Assembly: GCA_964345105.1 (NCBI GenBank)
Contig: CAYFPZ010000063.1
Coordinates: 1 to 46,781 of the forward strand
Direction: 5' to 3'
DNA from: Candidatus Hadarchaeota archaeon
GTDB taxonomy: Archaea > Hadarchaeota > Hadarchaeia > Hadarchaeales > Hadarchaeaceae
Length of the DNA stretch: 46,781 bases
Shown: piece by piece, positions 10,431 through 20,955 of the stretch
Position numbering within the stretch: the first letter of the stretch is position 1
How the letters are laid out: each line of letters opens with the position of its first letter
Notes under the pieces: generated by a model
The model's input: only the letters and a program-made list of their open reading frames with translations
Databases searched by the model: none
Told to the model about the DNA's origin: nothing
Program-made: the position numbers and the translations under genes

Positions 10431-12281
10431 TCACTTTTCTTGTCCCTTCATTACGATAGCGCTGACTATTCGAGCGTAGGCGGGTCGGGTTACAAGCACG
10501 GCTATGAGCATCCCCAAGATTGTGATGATTGCGAACCCGCTCATCGCTCCAAAGCCAATCAAAGCGAGCATTATCATTGCTGCAATTGTTGTCGCAGCAG
10601 CTGCAAAGATTACCGCGAATGCTCGCGAGATCCTCCCCCTCAAGCTTACCACCTTTGTCCCGGGCAAGCCACCCCTGAGCACTTCGTCGGTTATGATGAT
10701 TTGGTGGTCAATGCCGGTACCGATGACGATGATCAGGGCCCCAAGTTCTGGCAGCCCAATTGTCCAACCGATCAGAGACGCTGCGCCGAGGGTGATGAGA
10801 AGTTCGCATAGCATAATCCCAATGATCGCAAAGCCGATGAGCAAGTGTCGATATCGGAGGTAGACGAGAACCAATACTCCCAGCAGGGCGGCTATCGCCG
10901 CAATGAGCACCTGTTTCAGAAATTCAGCGCCCAAGCGGGCCTCTATCGGGGTTTCGCTTTCGATTGTGATTTCGACGGGCAATCGCTCGGACAGCACCAG
11001 TCGCAAATTTGCGGCTTCGTTCATAGCATCTTCCAAGGAGAGGCGGGTGATCGTGATACGCAAATCTTTAGAAATTTTCCCCGCCGCGAAGTCAGCAGCC
11101 AACTCGGGCGTGATGATTACCACACTTTTGAGCCCGCATGCCTCTTTGATCCACTCCTCGGCATTTTTCTTAGTACCTTCTGCGGTTTGCCTAGGAATGG
11201 ACTCAACGCTGTAGAGCGCGGAAATATTTTCAATAACACTCAATGAGAAATCTTCTAAATCTCCTAATAAGCGCACTGTGGGAATCAAACCTGCCCACCC
11301 TTTCAAAAATTGTTGTGCTTCGGAGGAAAGCTCATCCTTTGCGGTTCCGATGGCCGGAACACCTAGGGAGTATTCCATTCCTTTGTCCGTAGTTCCCTTG
11401 AACATTTTTTCGCCAAGGTCGTATTCGAAAAAGGTTGGAAGTTCGTCCAAAATTTCGTTGTTGAAGACTATTATGGCGTCTGTTGGACGATCAACATAGA
11501 TCAAGGTGGGATAGTTGGCCTTGTTTGCCGCCGCTTCACTAAATCTTTTTGCGCCATCGTCAGTCAATCTGAAAGGTAGGTCGGCAGTTTGAGGTCCCTC
11601 ACTGCTGGGATAAGGTGCGTTGACGCTTACGATATCCTCGCCGCGGAGCAAGACTTCGTTCTCAAAGAAAATTTCGAGTCGTCCAGGTTTGCCGAGAAGG
11701 GTTTCTGCTTCTCCGGGGAGCAGGCCAGGAATTTCATAGAGGATCAGATTTGCCCCTAAAGATCTAAATTGTGCGCCTCGCAGCCCAGTTGGGTCCACCC
11801 GCAACCCGAGTATAGAAATTACTTCATCGCGCGTTGTATCGCTTATTTTTTTCTCTATCATAGGTTTTCCTGTTTCAGGGTTTACTGCTACATTGCCGAA
11901 ACCCTCGATAATTGCGTTGATCAGATTTTCAGTTATTGGTCTTCCAATTTCAGCTACGGCCACTCCTGTGGTTGGATCAAGTCTGATTGTCTTGACGCTC
12001 ACGTAAAGATTGTCCTCGAGCTTGGGCACTATAGTTCCCCACCAAGTCTCGTTGTCTTGGATATTTTCAAATGTGACGTGCGAAGCTTCGAGTGCAAGTA
12101 TAATCCTAGAACCGCCTATGATATCTACCCCAAAGCGGAGACCCCGTGTATACTGAGCTGGCCATCCCACCGCGGTTTCCACTTTTGAATCAACCGCTTT
12201 CCAAGGGCTCCAGACCAGTATGGTACACAAGAAAGCTGTGAGGAGCAACAGCGCGATGCGGCGTTCCTTAAATACTGACAT
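10431..12281 (-). CDS. secD: Protein translocase subunit SecD
   Basis: GLRFGVDIIGGSRI, RVDPTGL, GTGIDHQIIITDE and GFAIITILG...TRPAY. Start placed at ATG 12281 after GGAGG; the ORF extends to 12311. Confidence 0.92.
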   Translation of the reverse strand: MSVFKERRIALLLLTAFLCTILVWSPWKAVDSKVETAVGWPAQYTRGLRFGVDIIGGSRIILALEASHVTFENIQDNETWWGTIVPKLEDNLYVSVKTIRLDPTTGVAVAEIGRPITENLINAIIEGFGNVAVNPETGKPMIEKKISDTTRDEVISILGLRVDPTGLRGAQFRSLGANLILYEIPGLLPGEAETLLGKPGRLEIFFENEVLLRGEDIVSVNAPYPSSEGPQTADLPFRLTDDGAKRFSEAAANKANYPTLIYVDRPTDAIIVFNNEILDELPTFFEYDLGEKMFKGTTDKGMEYSLGVPAIGTAKDELSSEAQQFLKGWAGLIPTVRLLGDLEDFSLSVIENISALYSVESIPRQTAEGTKKNAEEWIKEACGLKSVVIITPELAADFAAGKISKDLRITITRLSLEDAMNEAANLRLVLSERLPVEITIESETPIEARLGAEFLKQVLIAAIAALLGVLVLVYLRYRHLLIGFAIIGIMLCELLITLGAASLIGWTIGLPELGALIIVIGTGIDHQIIITDEVLRGGLPGTKVVSLRGRISRAFAVIFAAAATTIAAMIMLALIGFGAMSGFAIITILGMLIAVLVTRPAYARIVSAIVMKGQEK

Positions 12282-13140
12282 GGTACTCCTTCCTCCGCTG
12301 TCTTTCGGCATGCCGTATGATGATGGCGGAGTTCAAGAACCAAGTGTTAAAAATGTCGATGATGATGCCGAAGATGAGCACGGCTGTCAACTGGTAAAGT
12401 TGAGGGGCTGTCGTTAGAATGTTGATGGCGAAGAGAGGAATAAGCGTGCTGCTGCTCATCATCAAGCCCGTGCGCATTGCATCGACCACCTGCTCCTTGG
12501 GCTCGCCCCCAACCCGCTTGAGCACTCGCGTGGTGAGCAGGATGTTTGTGTCTACAGCGTATCCGATGAGCATAAGCAGACCTGCTACTGACGCCAGACT
12601 GAGTTCGACGCCGAACAGCGCCATAAATCCGAAGACCCCCAACAAGTCGAGCCCCACGGCGAGCAAGATTGCCCCCACGGTGACGCGGCGCCGGAAGGCG
12701 ATGAAGATGATGACGCCCATCGCGATGAAGGCACCGACCATAGCTCTCACGGCCTGCTCAGAATAGATGCCAGTGATGGTTGCTCCTCTCAGTTCCACGG
12801 TGACTGAGTTCTCAGGGATGCTAAATTGAGATGAAAACATGCTTTTAACTAGGAGAGTTTGGTTTTCACTCAGCACGTTGCTAGTTCCTATATCGAGGCC
12901 ATTTTCAACGATGTCAACATCAGCATTGTAGCCGAGCAAATTTTCGACGGCGATTTCAACCGCGCCAGCGTCAGGGACATTTTCCAACCACCTTACTCTT
13001 ATTAAACCACTTTCCCTGAAATCAGTGCTGAATGGGACACTGAGCACTAGCATGGAAATAGTCAGAACCGCAATTATGACTAGCGGAATCGCAGCTAATT
13101 GGCGATTGCTTAAGCGCCGCTGAGGCCAAGTGAACTTCAT
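12268..13140 (-). CDS. secF: Protein translocase subunit SecF
   Basis: LSLASVAGLLMLIGYAVDTNILLTTRVLKR and DIFNTWFLN; sits upstream of secD, as is usual in archaea. Confidence 0.92.
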   Translation of the reverse strand: MKFTWPQRRLSNRQLAAIPLVIIAVLTISMLVLSVPFSTDFRESGLIRVRWLENVPDAGAVEIAVENLLGYNADVDIVENGLDIGTSNVLSENQTLLVKSMFSSQFSIPENSVTVELRGATITGIYSEQAVRAMVGAFIAMGVIIFIAFRRRVTVGAILLAVGLDLLGVFGFMALFGVELSLASVAGLLMLIGYAVDTNILLTTRVLKRVGGEPKEQVVDAMRTGLMMSSSTLIPLFAINILTTAPQLYQLTAVLIFGIIIDIFNTWFLNSAIIIRHAERQRRKEYHVSI

Positions 13141-13196
13141 TGGTGACCCTCTTGTTATTTTTAGGTGAGGATAAATAACTTGACGAGGTTGGGTGA

Positions 13197-13952
13197 ATGA
13201 TCGAGGAAAACGAGCGAATAATTCTCATCGACGAGCGAGGCAGAAAATATCTTGTCAAAGCCGAGCGAAAAAAGCTCCACACGGATTTTGGGGTTGTTGA
13301 TTTGAGCGAGGCTATCAAGCAAGAGCCGGGAGCGAGGTTAAAATCACACGTTGGCAAAGAGTTCATTCTTTTGCGCCCGCGCATCGTTGATTACCTCCAG
13401 AAGCTCCGCCGCGTTCCCCAGATAATGCTGCCTAAAGATGCCGCGCAAATCGTCGCATATACCGGGGTGGCCCCCGGCGATTTCGTAGTCGATGCAGGCG
13501 TGGGGTCTGGTTCGCTGGCGATTTTTCTCGGTAACCTTGTTCGACCCAACGGACGCGTGGTGAGCTATGAGGTGCGGGAGGATTTTGCGCGCGTGGCGGA
13601 GGAGAACATCAACATGACAGGGCTCGGTGATATTGTGACGGTGAAGCTGAAAGATATCTACGAAGGAATCGACGAGCATGAAGTCGACTTGGTGACGCTT
13701 GACCTTCCCCAGCCCGAGCGAGTGTTACCCCACGCTGAGCGGGCACTTAAACCTGGCGGTCACCTTGTGACATTTGCTCCCTGCGTCGAACACTTGCAAC
13801 GCCTCTACCGGGAGCTACCAAATTACCGCTTCGTCCACTGCAAGACTATCGAGTGTCTTGTTCGGGAATTCGAGGTCAAACCGAGTTGCACCCGCCCCAA
13901 GACGCGAATGATCGCACACACGGGCTATTTAACATTCGCACGGCGCACTTAA
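13197..13952 (+). CDS. trmI: tRNA (adenine-57/58-N1)-methyltransferase
   Basis: PQIMLPKD, DAGVGSGSL (SAM binding), LDLPQP, RP..RMIAHTGYL. Confidence 0.93.
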   Translation: MIEENERIILIDERGRKYLVKAERKKLHTDFGVVDLSEAIKQEPGARLKSHVGKEFILLRPRIVDYLQKLRRVPQIMLPKDAAQIVAYTGVAPGDFVVDAGVGSGSLAIFLGNLVRPNGRVVSYEVREDFARVAEENINMTGLGDIVTVKLKDIYEGIDEHEVDLVTLDLPQPERVLPHAERALKPGGHLVTFAPCVEHLQRLYRELPNYRFVHCKTIECLVREFEVKPSCTRPKTRMIAHTGYLTFARRT

Positions 13953-13962
13953 CAAAAAGTTT

Positions 13963-14361
13963 TTAAGGTTTGATCAAGCGTCCTTTGAATCCGTAGTAAA
14001 TGACACCGTCTTGACTCTCCTCGCCCATCCGCCTGAAGACTATTTCAACCTCGTCGCCTATCTTGATTTCATCTAGGTTGCAGTCGGTGATCTGCGCAGT
14101 CAAGCGTGGCCCATCTTCGAGTTCTATGATCGCGAGCACGTAGGGCACTTGGTCTTCAAAACCTTCTGCAGCAACGTGTGCCACCGTGTAGGAGAGGACC
14201 TTGCCTCGACGTTTGAGTCGGTAAGGCTCGAGCTTGCCCATCCGCCTGCAGAAGGGGCAGATATAGCGTGGGGGGAATAAGATTTTGTTGCAATTTCCGC
14301 AGCGTGCCCCCACGAGGTTATATCTGTTTGGTATCTCTCGCCAGAAACGCGGAACGGCCAT
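13963..14361 (-). CDS. DUF35 Zn-ribbon/OB-fold protein (thiolase/HMG-CoA synthase scaffold)
   Basis: MAVPRFWR..RYNLVGARCGNC..PPRYICPFC; start 5 nt after GGTGA; follows thiolase. Confidence 0.92.
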   Translation of the reverse strand: MAVPRFWREIPNRYNLVGARCGNCNKILFPPRYICPFCRRMGKLEPYRLKRRGKVLSYTVAHVAAEGFEDQVPYVLAIIELEDGPRLTAQITDCNLDEIKIGDEVEIVFRRMGEESQDGVIYYGFKGRLIKP

Positions 14362-14362
14362 C

Positions 14363-15526
14363 CTAGTCACCTCGCCTGAACACATGCACCACCGCAGTTC
14401 CTCCCGAGCCACCGACGTTGTGTGCTAACCCGATCTCCGCCCCATCGACTTGGCGCTTGCCTGCCTCGCCTCGAAGCTGCTGCGTGATCTCCACGGCCTG
14501 CGCGATGCCAGTAGCGCCCACGGGGTGCCCCTTGCCCTTGAGCCCGCCGCTCGTGTTTACGGGGATTCGTCCGCCTATCGTGGTCTCGCCCTGCTCGGTC
14601 ACTTTGCCACCCTCACCTTTCTTGCAGAACCCTAGGTCTTCGATCGCCATGATTTCGGCTATCGTGAAGCAGTCGTGAACCTCTGCGAGATCGATGTTAC
14701 TCGGCTTGATGCTCGCCATCTTGTACGCTGTTCGCGCGGCCTCGATGGCAGCTTGTAGGCTCGTGAGAGAGGTACGGCTGTGGAGTGAAATGGTATCGCT
14801 CGCCTGTCCGGTACCAGCGACCAAGATTGGGGTATCGGTGAGCTTCCGCGCCTTCTCCGCGGAGGCGAGAATCACGCAGGCAGCGCCGTCGGTGATCGGG
14901 GAACAGTCGAGCAATTTTAGGGGCAAGGTAACCGGTGGGGACTTCATCACATCATCGACCGTTATCTCCATCTGATATTGCGCGCAGGTGTTGAAACATG
15001 CGTTGCGGTGATTTTTCACCGCCACCGCTGCCATTTGCTCTTCCGTGGTTCCGAACTCATACATGTGGCGGCGAGCCATCAGCGCATAGAGACCAGGGAA
15101 GGTAGCACCTACAAATACCTCCCATTCTTGGTCAGCGGCTGTCGCAAGTGCCCCGGTGGCAGCCCCGGTGAGCACATCAGTCATCTTCTCTATGCCGGCC
15201 GCGACGACGATATCGTGGAGGCCTGAGCTAACGTCGATTACCGCTTGGCGGAGCGCAAGCCCGCCTGACGCGCAGGCCCCCTCGACGCGTGTGGAGGGGA
15301 TGGGTACAAGTCCAGCGTGGTCTGCGACAATTGAGGAAATATGCTCTTGGCGGATGAATTGACCAGAGGACATGTTTCCCACGTACATCGCGCCTATCTG
15401 TTTTCCGTCGATCCCAGCATCCTCGATTGCACGAGCGCCCGCTTCCATCATCATCTCTCTAAACGAGACATCCCAGAGCTCGCCGAACTTTGTCAGTCCG
15501 ACGCCTATCACTGCAACATCGCGCAT
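14363..15526 (-). CDS. Acetoacetyl-CoA thiolase (archaeal, mevalonate pathway)
   Basis: [37 protein letters not shown]. Confidence 0.95.
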   Translation of the reverse strand: MRDVAVIGVGLTKFGELWDVSFREMMMEAGARAIEDAGIDGKQIGAMYVGNMSSGQFIRQEHISSIVADHAGLVPIPSTRVEGACASGGLALRQAVIDVSSGLHDIVVAAGIEKMTDVLTGAATGALATAADQEWEVFVGATFPGLYALMARRHMYEFGTTEEQMAAVAVKNHRNACFNTCAQYQMEITVDDVMKSPPVTLPLKLLDCSPITDGAACVILASAEKARKLTDTPILVAGTGQASDTISLHSRTSLTSLQAAIEAARTAYKMASIKPSNIDLAEVHDCFTIAEIMAIEDLGFCKKGEGGKVTEQGETTIGGRIPVNTSGGLKGKGHPVGATGIAQAVEITQQLRGEAGKRQVDGAEIGLAHNVGGSGGTAVVHVFRRGD

Positions 15527-16573
15527 CTACTTCACCAGCAGCCTCCTGAATTTCGTGTAGGTGGCGTAGTCGATGTAAACCTTCCGATTCGCATAGTCGA
15601 GCACCTTTGGGGCCGCATCACGTTTGTCCTCAATACCATCGCGCACGAGGATGCTGAAGGCATCGCTTCCTGCACCCGATCCATATGAAACCGCGAGTAT
15701 CCGCTCCCCAGGGTTGGCTTGGTCGAGGACAGCGGCGAGACCTATCATGGTCGATCCCGAGTAGGTGTTACCTATTACGGGCGTCAGCAGGCCCGGTGCT
15801 ACCTGCTCCCTCGAGAATCCCAGCTCCTTGGCAGCATGCAGTGGGAATTTTCCGTTGGGCTGGTGGAAAACCGCGTAGGCGAAATCTTGGGGAGTGAGCT
15901 GAAGTTGTCGGAGCAGACCGTTAGCTGCGGAAAGCACGTGTTTATAGTAGGCGGGCTTTCCGGTGAACCGCCCTCCGTGCTTGGGATAAGGTCGCATATC
16001 TCGGCGCCAGAAATCGGGCGTATCAGTGGTGTAGGAGTAGGTACCTTCGATCTTTGCTAGGGTCTTGTTCCCGTTCTTGCCCACAATGAAGGCGCCACCC
16101 CCGGCCGCAGCGGTGTACTCGAGGGCGTCTCCTGGAGCCCCTTGGGCGGTGTCAGATCCAATCGCCATACCGTATTTTATCATGCCCGCTTCAACTGCCC
16201 CCATACAGGTCTGAATTCCGGCTGTGCCCGCTTTACACGCGAATTCGTAGTCGGCGGCTGTGAGGTCGGGGGTAGCTTCGATAGCTTCTGCTACAATTGT
16301 GGCAGTTGGTTTGACTGCGTAAGGGTGGGACTCTGAGCCGATGTAGATCGCACCTATGTCTTGAGGGTCAATGCCGGCCTGCTTCACGGCGTTGCGCGCG
16401 GCCTCGACTGCTATGGTGGCGGTATCTTCATCAGGTCCAGGGACAGATTTTTCTTCAACCAAAAGTCCGTGCTTAACGCGCTCGGGATTTTCCCCCCAGA
16501 CTTTGGCTATCTCTTCCACCCGTATGCGGTACCTGGGGATGTAAACGCCGTAACCGATTATGCCAACGTCCAT
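15527..16573 (-). CDS. Hydroxymethylglutaryl-CoA synthase
   Basis: [43 protein letters not shown]. Start placed at ATG 16573; the ORF extends to GTG 16585. Confidence 0.96.
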   Translation of the reverse strand: MDVGIIGYGVYIPRYRIRVEEIAKVWGENPERVKHGLLVEEKSVPGPDEDTATIAVEAARNAVKQAGIDPQDIGAIYIGSESHPYAVKPTATIVAEAIEATPDLTAADYEFACKAGTAGIQTCMGAVEAGMIKYGMAIGSDTAQGAPGDALEYTAAAGGGAFIVGKNGNKTLAKIEGTYSYTTDTPDFWRRDMRPYPKHGGRFTGKPAYYKHVLSAANGLLRQLQLTPQDFAYAVFHQPNGKFPLHAAKELGFSREQVAPGLLTPVIGNTYSGSTMIGLAAVLDQANPGERILAVSYGSGAGSDAFSILVRDGIEDKRDAAPKVLDYANRKVYIDYATYTKFRRLLVK

Positions 16574-16682
16574 TAGCAAGGTCACCTTTTTTCTTGAATA
16601 TTAATTTTTGTGTCTATGCTTAAGCGAGAGCAATAAAAGCCTTTCGATTGTCGGAAAAAACATCGGCAATTGTCGTGAGGGG

Positions 16683-17396
16683 TCAGTGGACGCACTTTCG
16701 AAGCCCCTCGATCAGCTCCCTGACCGACGGAAGTTTCGAGACTACGAGGGGAACGCGTAGGAGCTCGGCTATTTTTACCCCCAGTGCGTCGACACGCTTG
16801 AGTTCGCCGTGCAGAATCACCATCCCAGGGGTTATCCCGATCACCTTTACAGCCACCATGGGGGAGCGCCCCATCGTCACACCAGTAAAGACGAGCGCTC
16901 GCTCAGTGGTTAATCCGTAGAGGCGCTTGAAATCGTCGGCAGAGAGGCTCAGTACAGCTTTGTAACTGTCGATGACGGTGTAGCCGAAGAGCTTCTGGTC
17001 GAGCAGCTCCTTGTTCACGACGACATTCCCATCGACCGCCTTACAGACGGTCTTCCCATCGGTGGGCTCGCCGAACTCTCGAATCTCAAGCACGACATCG
17101 GGGGGCAGCTGAGTGCCGAACACATGGGAGAATATCCTAGACACTTCTCCCCCCTGTTGCTCATCAAGCTTAAGGAATGCGTCGACCACACGCTTGATAG
17201 TCGCTGCCCCAGGCGATTTCCTCCGCCCGGCCTCGTAGTCGCTGATTACTGAGGAGGAAACGTGCATCATTTTGGCGAGCGAGGTCTGGTTAATGCCAAA
17301 TCGCTCCCGCCAGCGCTTGAAGGCTCCCCCCGGGTCGTCGGAGAGAGTTATGTCACCAGCGATCCATCGCGCGATCCTTTCTTTTTCTTCAGCCAT
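16683..17396 (-). CDS. XRE-type HTH transcriptional regulator (archaeal COG1709-like)
   Basis: IAGDITLS.DPG, QTSLA..SSSVISDYEAGRRKSPG (HTH), TERALVFTGVTMGRSPMVAV. Confidence 0.85.
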   Translation of the reverse strand: MAEEKERIARWIAGDITLSDDPGGAFKRWRERFGINQTSLAKMMHVSSSVISDYEAGRRKSPGAATIKRVVDAFLKLDEQQGGEVSRIFSHVFGTQLPPDVVLEIREFGEPTDGKTVCKAVDGNVVVNKELLDQKLFGYTVIDSYKAVLSLSADDFKRLYGLTTERALVFTGVTMGRSPMVAVKVIGITPGMVILHGELKRVDALGVKIAELLRVPLVVSKLPSVRELIEGLRKCVH

Positions 17397-17447
17397 AATG
17401 CACCAATACCTAATCTCGGGGTCGGGGGATAAAAATATCGGGAAAGC

Positions 17448-18029
17448 TCAGCTTTTGCCCCGCGGTTTTCCAGCTAGTTTAAATAAGTCTGCTTTAGTAA
17501 CAATGCCGATCACTTTTCCATGTTCAACGACAACAATCGCCGGCTCATGTTCGAGTAGGGAGTAAACGACATCAATGTCGGTGTCCTTGCTCACGGTTGG
17601 GAATGAATTTTCCATTATCTCGCTGACGTTGCGTTTGAGCAGTCTGCCCATGTTTTCGCCCGAGGCAATCTTGTGCACAACTGTAGCTTCAGATATCGAG
17701 CCAACCTGCACTTCTTCATCAAGCACCGGAAGTTGCGAAATGTCGTATGATTTCATGAGGTGGATCGCTTTGTCTACACGGTCGTAGGACTTTACAGCTA
17801 CAATTGGCGAGGTCATTATTTGTCCAACAGTTGCGCGCTTCTCCATGGCAGTTGCTCGCTCAAGCGCTTTGGATATTTTTTCAAGAGTGGAGACACGAGG
17901 ATCAGCGGCTTTTGCCTCGATTTTCGCGATATAAGCTTGGGTCACGCCTGCGAGTTCTGCTAGTTGCGCTTGAGTTAGCCCGAGCCTCTTTCGCATCGCT
18001 TTAACCTCAGATAGCCGGAGTATCCGCAT
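17448..18029 (-). CDS. HTH_3 plus tandem CBS domain regulator
   Basis: RKRLGLTQAQLAELAGVTQAYIAKIE..DPR.STL, then two CBS repeats (ISQLPV, GIVTKADL). Confidence 0.9.
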   Translation of the reverse strand: MRILRLSEVKAMRKRLGLTQAQLAELAGVTQAYIAKIEAKAADPRVSTLEKISKALERATAMEKRATVGQIMTSPIVAVKSYDRVDKAIHLMKSYDISQLPVLDEEVQVGSISEATVVHKIASGENMGRLLKRNVSEIMENSFPTVSKDTDIDVVYSLLEHEPAIVVVEHGKVIGIVTKADLFKLAGKPRGKS

Positions 18030-18063
18030 AAAAATCGCCTATTCCTGTCAGTTATATTTTTAA

Positions 18064-18078
18064 CAAAACCTATAAATA
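18064..18078 (+). promoter_or_regulatory. BRE/TATA box for mat
   Basis: CAAAACC-TATAAATA about 33 nt upstream of the mat start. Confidence 0.55.
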
Positions 18079-18110
18079 GCTAGCAGATTGAAAATCCGAA
18101 AGGCGTAAAC

Positions 18111-19322
18111 TTGGCGCGTAATATAATCGTTGAGGAGTTCAAGCAAATTCCTCTCGAAAAACAAAAATTGGAGATTGTTGAGCGAAAGGGCCTTGGGCAT
18201 CCTGATTCTATATGTGACGCGATTTTCGATCAAGTTTCAGTCGAGTTAAGTAAAGAGTATTTGAAAAAATTTGGCATGATCATGCACCACAATGCAGACA
18301 AGTCGCTGCTCGTCGCCGGAGAGGTTGAAACGAGATTTGGCGGCGGCGAAGTGAAGCAACCAATGCTTTTGATCTTCGGTGACCGAGCGACTGAAGAGGT
18401 TGAGGGGACCAAAATCCCGGTGAAGGATATCGCGATTCGTGCTGCGAAGAGCTGGATAAAAGAAAATTTGAGGTTTGTCGATCCGGAAAAACACATGCGC
18501 TACCAAGTCGAGTTTAAGCCTGGATCTGCGGCGCTAACGGACATCTTCAAGCGCAAGGGTAAAGTGCTTAGCGCTAATGACACCTCGGCCGCAGTCGGCT
18601 ACGCACCGATGACTTGGACAGAGCAGCTCGTGTTGAAGACCGAGCGCTACTTGAATTCTCCGGAGTTTAAAAAGGAATTTCCTGAGGCCGGCGAGGACGT
18701 CAAGGTGATGGGCTTTCGAAAGAACGAAGAGCTCCATCTAACTATTGGGGTGGCTTTCGTTGACCGATTCGTAGAGAGCGAGGACGATTACTTCAGAAAG
18801 AAGGAAGAAATCCTCAAGCGGCTATACTCATTCGTGAAAGGGAATTCCGTTCTCTCAAAGATCAAGCTCAACCTTAACACTCTCGATGTGCGTGGGCGGG
18901 GTGTCGGAGGAGCATACCTCACTGTGCTCGGAACGAGCGCTGATGGGGCGGACTCGGGCCAAGTTGGAAGGGGCAATCGTCCAAATGGCGTGATTCCGCT
19001 CAACCGCCATACGGGTTCGGAGGCGGCAGCTGGCAAGAACCCAGTGAGTCACGTGGGCAAAATTTACAATTTGCTCACACATCGAATCGCGAACGAGATT
19101 TACAGTCAAGTTTCAGGATTGGATGAGGTCTATGTTTGGATAGTTAGCCAAATAGGGAAATCTATCGATGAGCCAGCAATCGCAGCTGTTCGGGTCATCA
19201 CTAAGCCGGGCATCAAAATTGGGAGCGTCAGAAGGCAGATAATGGAAGTGGTGGACACAGAGCTTGAAAATATAGACAAATTCTGCATGAAGCTCGCCGA
19301 AGGAAAAATTCCGATTTGTTGA
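18111..19322 (+). CDS. mat: S-adenosylmethionine synthetase (archaeal type)
   Basis: EIVERKGLGHPDSICD, ANDTS, GEDVKVMG, DSGQVGRGNR.NG, EAAAGKNPVSHVGKIYN. Confidence 0.97.
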   Translation: MARNIIVEEFKQIPLEKQKLEIVERKGLGHPDSICDAIFDQVSVELSKEYLKKFGMIMHHNADKSLLVAGEVETRFGGGEVKQPMLLIFGDRATEEVEGTKIPVKDIAIRAAKSWIKENLRFVDPEKHMRYQVEFKPGSAALTDIFKRKGKVLSANDTSAAVGYAPMTWTEQLVLKTERYLNSPEFKKEFPEAGEDVKVMGFRKNEELHLTIGVAFVDRFVESEDDYFRKKEEILKRLYSFVKGNSVLSKIKLNLNTLDVRGRGVGGAYLTVLGTSADGADSGQVGRGNRPNGVIPLNRHTGSEAAAGKNPVSHVGKIYNLLTHRIANEIYSQVSGLDEVYVWIVSQIGKSIDEPAIAAVRVITKPGIKIGSVRRQIMEVVDTELENIDKFCMKLAEGKIPIC

Positions 19323-19382
19323 ATTTTGGATTTCAAGCGGAAGACCTTTGTGAGAATCATTCAAAGTTGTAGTGGTGATATT

Positions 19383-20882
19383 ATTTTCCAAATCTTACAT
19401 CGCGATGGCATGGGTCGAGTGAGCAGACTTAGCACTCCACACGGCGATGTTACAACCCCGGCCCTTATGCCGGTCATCGATCCATCGGACGTAATTTTAT
19501 CACCCAACCAGATGCGTCGTGAGTTCGACGCCGAGCTAGTGATAACAAACGCCTACCTAACCCGTCGCTGCTTCGGAGAAAATGCGATTAAAAAGGGGAT
19601 TCACGGAGTTCTTGATTATGATGGCCCAATCGCAACCGATTCTGGAGGTTATCAGATTTTACGCTACGGGGGCGTGGATGTCGGCCCTGAGGAAATCGTG
19701 CGCTATCAAGACGCAATCGCCCCCGACATCGCGACTATCCTCGATGTTCCGACTGGTGTTCGAGCGACTAGGGAGCATGCGGCCGAGACGGTGCGAATAA
19801 CACTTGAGCGAGCCAAGCAGGCGGTCGAACTCAGGTCCAACCCTAAAGTGGTTTGGTGCGGCCCGGTGCAGGGGGGTCTCTTCAGCGAGTTGGTCGCTCA
19901 GAGCGCACGCGAGGTTGGGAAGCTCGACTTTCAACTGCACGCGATAGGAAGCCCTGTCGAGTTGCTAGAGGGATATCGTTATGCGGAGCTTGTCGATCTC
20001 GTCATGACTGCTAAGCAACACCTGCCACTAGATCGCCCTACGCATCTTTTCGGCGCCGGGCACCCCATGATGTTTGCGCTCGCCGTGGCGATGGGTTGTG
20101 ACCTCTTTGACTCCGCTGCATACGTGCTCTACGCGCGTGATGATCGTTACATGACATCGGAGGGAACCTTTCGTCTCGATGAGCTATCCTACCTACCATG
20201 TGAGTGCCCTGTTTGTGTGGCACATCTGCCCAATGAGTTCAGGCACATCTCGCAGGACGAGCGAATCAAGCTCTTGGCTAGGCATAACCTTCATGTAACT
20301 TTCGGCGAGCTGCGACGCATCCGCCAGGCGATTGTTGAGGGAAGTTTAGGGGCATATCTTGAGATGCGGTGTCGCGCTCATCCGCGGCTGCTTGAGGGGT
20401 TCCGGAGGCTGGTGAAGTATCGAGATTTCATCGAGCGGTTTGACCCCGTGACCAAACCATCAGCATTTTGCTATCTTGGTGAAGAATCTGTGGATCGTCC
20501 GGAGGTCGTGCGCCATAGAAGGAGGCTCGAGGAGCGTTATGATCCGCCTCCGCTGCCCATCCTAGCACTCCTACCGGCCTTTGAAGGCGAGCGCCCCAAG
20601 CTGGAGAAATTTGAGCAAACCCACCTCGTAAGACTCGTGCCCCCTTTCGGCATCGTTCCTGAGGAACTCGAGGAGGTTTACCCGCTCGGGCAATTTCAGA
20701 TACCTCGAGAACTTGACGCGATACAGATCAAATCAGTGACCGAGGCCCTTTCTCGCTTCTTCGAGCGGTACGGTGAACGCTACGAACGGGTTTTGCTGTT
20801 CAACGACGAGCGGCGATGGGGCAACGCACTCGTTGACGCATGCGAAAAAGTTGAGGAAAAACTAAAAACAATTCAACTCTGA
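19383..20882 (+). CDS. tgtA: Archaeosine tRNA-guanine(15) transglycosylase
   Basis: TDSGGYQ, PVQGG, HLFGAGHP, GCDLFDSAAY and Zn site CECPVC...HNL. The ORF is open from TTG 19326, but the family-like N-terminus and RBS spacing point to about 19383. Confidence 0.93.
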   Translation: MFQILHRDGMGRVSRLSTPHGDVTTPALMPVIDPSDVILSPNQMRREFDAELVITNAYLTRRCFGENAIKKGIHGVLDYDGPIATDSGGYQILRYGGVDVGPEEIVRYQDAIAPDIATILDVPTGVRATREHAAETVRITLERAKQAVELRSNPKVVWCGPVQGGLFSELVAQSAREVGKLDFQLHAIGSPVELLEGYRYAELVDLVMTAKQHLPLDRPTHLFGAGHPMMFALAVAMGCDLFDSAAYVLYARDDRYMTSEGTFRLDELSYLPCECPVCVAHLPNEFRHISQDERIKLLARHNLHVTFGELRRIRQAIVEGSLGAYLEMRCRAHPRLLEGFRRLVKYRDFIERFDPVTKPSAFCYLGEESVDRPEVVRHRRRLEERYDPPPLPILALLPAFEGERPKLEKFEQTHLVRLVPPFGIVPEELEEVYPLGQFQIPRELDAIQIKSVTEALSRFFERYGERYERVLLFNDERRWGNALVDACEKVEEKLKTIQL

Positions 20883-20955
20883 TGTGCAAAATTGAGCCCA
20901 CAAGAAATAAATAATCGAAGCGCCTAACAAATTCAGGCTGGATTGGTGATGAAGC

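Noticed and set aside
11100..11490. Long insertion in the SecD extracellular domain
   Set aside because: Archaeal SecD head domains vary in length, and I cannot show novelty without an alignment.
13963..16573. HMG-CoA synthase/thiolase/DUF35 cluster as a novelty
   Set aside because: A well-described archaeal mevalonate-entry complex.
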